Origin: the human T2T-CHM13v2.0 reference genome, Homo sapiens
Reading direction: 5' to 3' (one strand)
NCBI RefSeq assembly: GCF_009914755.1
Contig: NC_060944.1
Length of the DNA: 64,000 nucleotides
Shown piece by piece: positions 59,193 to 64,000 of the stretch. The notes under the pieces were generated by a model. That model saw nothing but the letters and a program-made list of their open reading frames with translations, was not told the DNA's origin and searched no databases. The translations under genes and the position numbers were made by a program. Numbering within the stretch: the first letter of the stretch is position 1; the number at the start of each line of letters is the position of its first letter.

Positions 59193-59248
59193 GAAGAGTA
59201 GTGTATTCTGTTACAAAGGCTTATGATCAGCTTGTGACAGGCTACTAG

Positions 59249-59656
<408 letters not shown>

Positions 59657-60200
59657 TAAACTAAGAATTTTTTTTTGTTCTTAAGATATTGGGACATTTT
59701 CATAAGTTCTGCGTCTTTAAGTAACATCATTAACTCATTCCCTCAACCATGAACATCTTGTAACCAAGCACGTCCACGCCCCTGGAAATGTAACCCAGCA
59801 GGTTTGGCTTTTCTGCCTTTATTCAATATGGAGTCAGTCTGGTTAGGATGCCTTTGTCCCTGAGAGTCAGTGCCCTCACAGCCCCTGCCCGGCCTCTAAC
59901 TTGCTGTGTGACCTGGAGCTGATCATTCGCTCTGGGCTTCCCTTTTCTCCTCTGTTTGAGGAGGGAGCTGGTCTGGTGCCACCATTTTCCAGCTGTCTGT
60001 CCTTAGGCAAATTATTCAGCATCCCTGTACCTCAGTTTCCTCATCCATGAAATGAGGATGGCCCAGTTCCAGGCTTACGGTGAGGATTAAATAAACAGTG
60101 CCTGGTCTCAGTGGCTGCTGGGAATTACCATCATTACTGTTGTTTTGCCATTCTATTGCTATTGCCAGTGTTGCTATTAGTATTCAAAATGCAGATTGGT

Positions 60201-60450
60201 GGCTGGGTGCAGTGGCTCATGCCTGTAATCTCAGCACTTTGGGAGGCAGAGGTTAGAGGATCGCCCAGGGGTTCAAGACCAGCCTGGGCAACACGGTGAA
60301 ACCTGATCTCTACAAAAAAAAAAATACAAAAATTAGCCAGGCATGGTGGCACGTACCTGTAGACCTTACCTGAACTCAGGGGGGTTGAGGCTGTAGTGAG
60401 CTGTGATCGTGCCACTGCACTACAGCCTGGGGGACAGAGTGAGACGCTGT
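60201..60450 (+). mobile_element. Alu (J-like), internally deleted, no poly(A) tail
   Basis: Dimer joined directly to LTR sequence. Confidence 0.85.
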
Positions 60451-61584
<1,134 letters not shown>

Positions 61585-64000
61585 GTTCTGAGGCCCCTTC
61601 TGGCTTTCAGACTGGCCTGGTTGCTTCCCATCTGGTCACCTCTCTGTCAGTGTTGGGGATCAGCATTCATCTACCCCACGGATGTTCTGCCTGGAGTGGG
61701 GGTGGGAAATGGGACTGGACCTCTCGCCATGGGATGCAGCCAGGCCCTCTCTGCTCAAGCCTTCCAGTGCTCCTCACCCAGACACCCTTCTGCAGGGACC
61801 CCAGTTTTACTCCCCTGAAAAAGAAAGTTTCCATCAGTAGGAGAAGACAGGACCTGAAATTGTCCCTGAGCCTACATGTCTACTAGGGTAGATATTTTGA
61901 AAGCCGGAGAGAGGAGGAAGCAGACAGGAAGGAGACGAAACCCCAGGACTGTCTGCTAACTCCAGGAGGACTGGTCTTCAGAACCCAGGGGCCCTCCGCA
62001 TTCCTTCTGCCTCCCTATCTCATCGTAGCTCCTGCCCCATCCCCCCACCACTTCTCTCCCCTTTCCTAACTGCGTGCCCTTCTCTCCTCCAGTCCAGCCC
62101 AGCCCTACTGAAGAACAGCAACTTGAGCTGGTCTTTCTGTGCTCCGCTTGATTAAAATGTAGAAGGCACCTCTATCCAGAAGACTTGGCTTGGCCCTAAT
62201 CACTCCCAGCCCCCTTGGCTGAGTGGCCACCCGCTGCTGGCTGCTGTCATCCCACATTGGAAGTGACGGAGGAGCAGAAGAACGAGTGGGTCACCAGCCG
62301 GTCTTCAGGCTCCCGGGCCAGCATTCAGACTGGGCAGGAGGTTTGTGGGTGGAAGGTGAGTTGGGCAGCCCGTCAGCCACTCCTCAGGGCTGGACGGAAA
62401 TAGTGATTAGGAGCATGGGGTTTGATGTCAGATGGCCTGGGGTTGCAGCCTAACTTTGTTATTTACTATCTGTGAGTTAAGCCCTCTGGGTTTCAGTTTC
62501 TCCATTTGTAAAATGGGACTGATATTGGAAGATGTCCTACTTAGAATGGCGCCTGAGCCATCGTAAGCCCTCAGTGAATCCACTGTAAGACTTCAGCCCC
62601 CAGACTCCCACTGTTCCCTTGCCCCAGCTTCCCTGCACCTCTCCTGCCACTTCCCTCAAAGTTGCTCTCAGTCAGGCCTTGGGAGCCACAATCTGGGAAC
62701 GAGGACCCTGACATCCCTCTTCACAGCTGTACCCAGCACCAAACAAGTCATCAGAGGCTCAAAACACGGAGCCCCTACCATGTGCCGGGCACGGCATGGC
62801 ATGCCTGCTCTCTTTCTAATTTTGATACCACAATGATTAATTCTGTGAAAAAAGTTCTAGAAGGATATAAGGCAAAGAATTAGGTTGTGTTCCGTCCATT
62901 CACTCACGGCTCTGCTCCCACGCATGGCTGCGCTATGCACACTGCCCTGCAGCTTCCTTTGTCTGCTGCACAATGGGCTCTGGACGGAGCCCTGTTGGCG
63001 CAATGAGTGAGCCCTACGTCAAGCTTCGTCATCGCTGCATCGCTTTGCACCGTGTGGCTGGGCCGCCATCAGTACAGCCAACTGCCTCTGATGGACATCT
63101 GGGCTGCAGCCAGATTCCTCCTAACAGGGCTTCAGGGAAAGTCCTCCTCAGCGCCTCTTTGTGCGCATGGCACATTTCTCTAAGGCAGGTTTCTGGACAT
63201 GAGACTGACGGGCAGCATGTGCTCCTTACATTTGGGGGTCCTGTCAATCCCCTCCTCTCCCGCAGGCTGTTCTAGACTCCAGCCCCCATGTGAGAGGATG
63301 CCTGTTGCCCTCACTCTTCCATCCTGGCAGTCCCCAGCCTCCTTGCCTCTCTTGTTTTCTTGTTCCGATCAGTTCCAGGTGGCCAGAGGGTCGAGACTCA
63401 TCTCACAGCCGTGCAATAGATGCGTGTCTCTCAGTCGGTCAGCTCTGGCTGGGATCAGTGTTTATCTTCATGTCGGTGGACACCATCACAGGCACCCGCA
63501 AGAATCAGCGATCGACGGGGAAGAGGTTTGGGTGCATGGAGGAGTGCTTTGCAGTGAGGGCTTTGGAGCCTTGTGCCCTGATTCAAATCCTGGCTGTGTC
63601 CCCTGCCGGTTGTGTGACTTCGGATAAATTACTTGATGTCTCTGAGCATAAGCTGGGTCATCAGAAAAGCCAAGCTAGTAAGAGCACGTAGCTCAGAAGG
63701 CTGCTGTAAAGTTCAGATGAGTTGATATATGCTCAGTGCTGGAAAGGGTGCTGGGCACATTAGCTGTTGGTATTATTTGGGCACCTCCAGCCCAAATAAT
63801 AATAAAGAGACTAGGAGGGATGTTGGGAGATATCAGATGTTGCTCATTGGAGGCTGTACTGAGTGTGCAGAGAGCTTCAGGGAACCTGGCGCTTTGAGAG
63901 GTAAAGGAACGTGCCAACTGGAACTAGAAACCCACTGCCGCCTGCAGCTCTCTGGGCTGTTTCTCCACATGCACGGTGGGGTTGTTCGGGTCCCACTGGG

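Overview
Human (primate) genomic DNA, recognisable as the ANGPT4 (angiopoietin-4) locus on chr20p13. The gene is on the minus strand. A TATA-box promoter (~33445) and coding exons 1-4 (33295-32987, 7469-7314, 5540-5419, 2427-2180) splice with canonical GT-AG junctions into an 835-nt open frame: signal peptide, cysteine pair and coiled coil. The fibrinogen-domain exons lie off the left end of the window. The 25.5-kb intron 1 holds a full two-LTR HERV-H provirus (Phe-type PBS, CTATG target duplication, nested AluY) and a 5'-truncated, L1-retroposed HERV-W copy with poly(A) and a 17-bp TSD. The ~30 kb upstream is intergenic and repeat-dense: a MER4-group provirus with nested LTR and Alus, MaLR LTRs, and an L1PA insertion carrying an apparent 3' transduction. 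I found no convincing undescribed gene or biological system. The best leads are these retroelement events and a few testable regulatory/isoform hypotheses for ANGPT4. Repeat subfamily names are from memory of consensus sequences and need RepeatMasker/Dfam confirmation. Many old MIR/L2 fragments are not listed individually.
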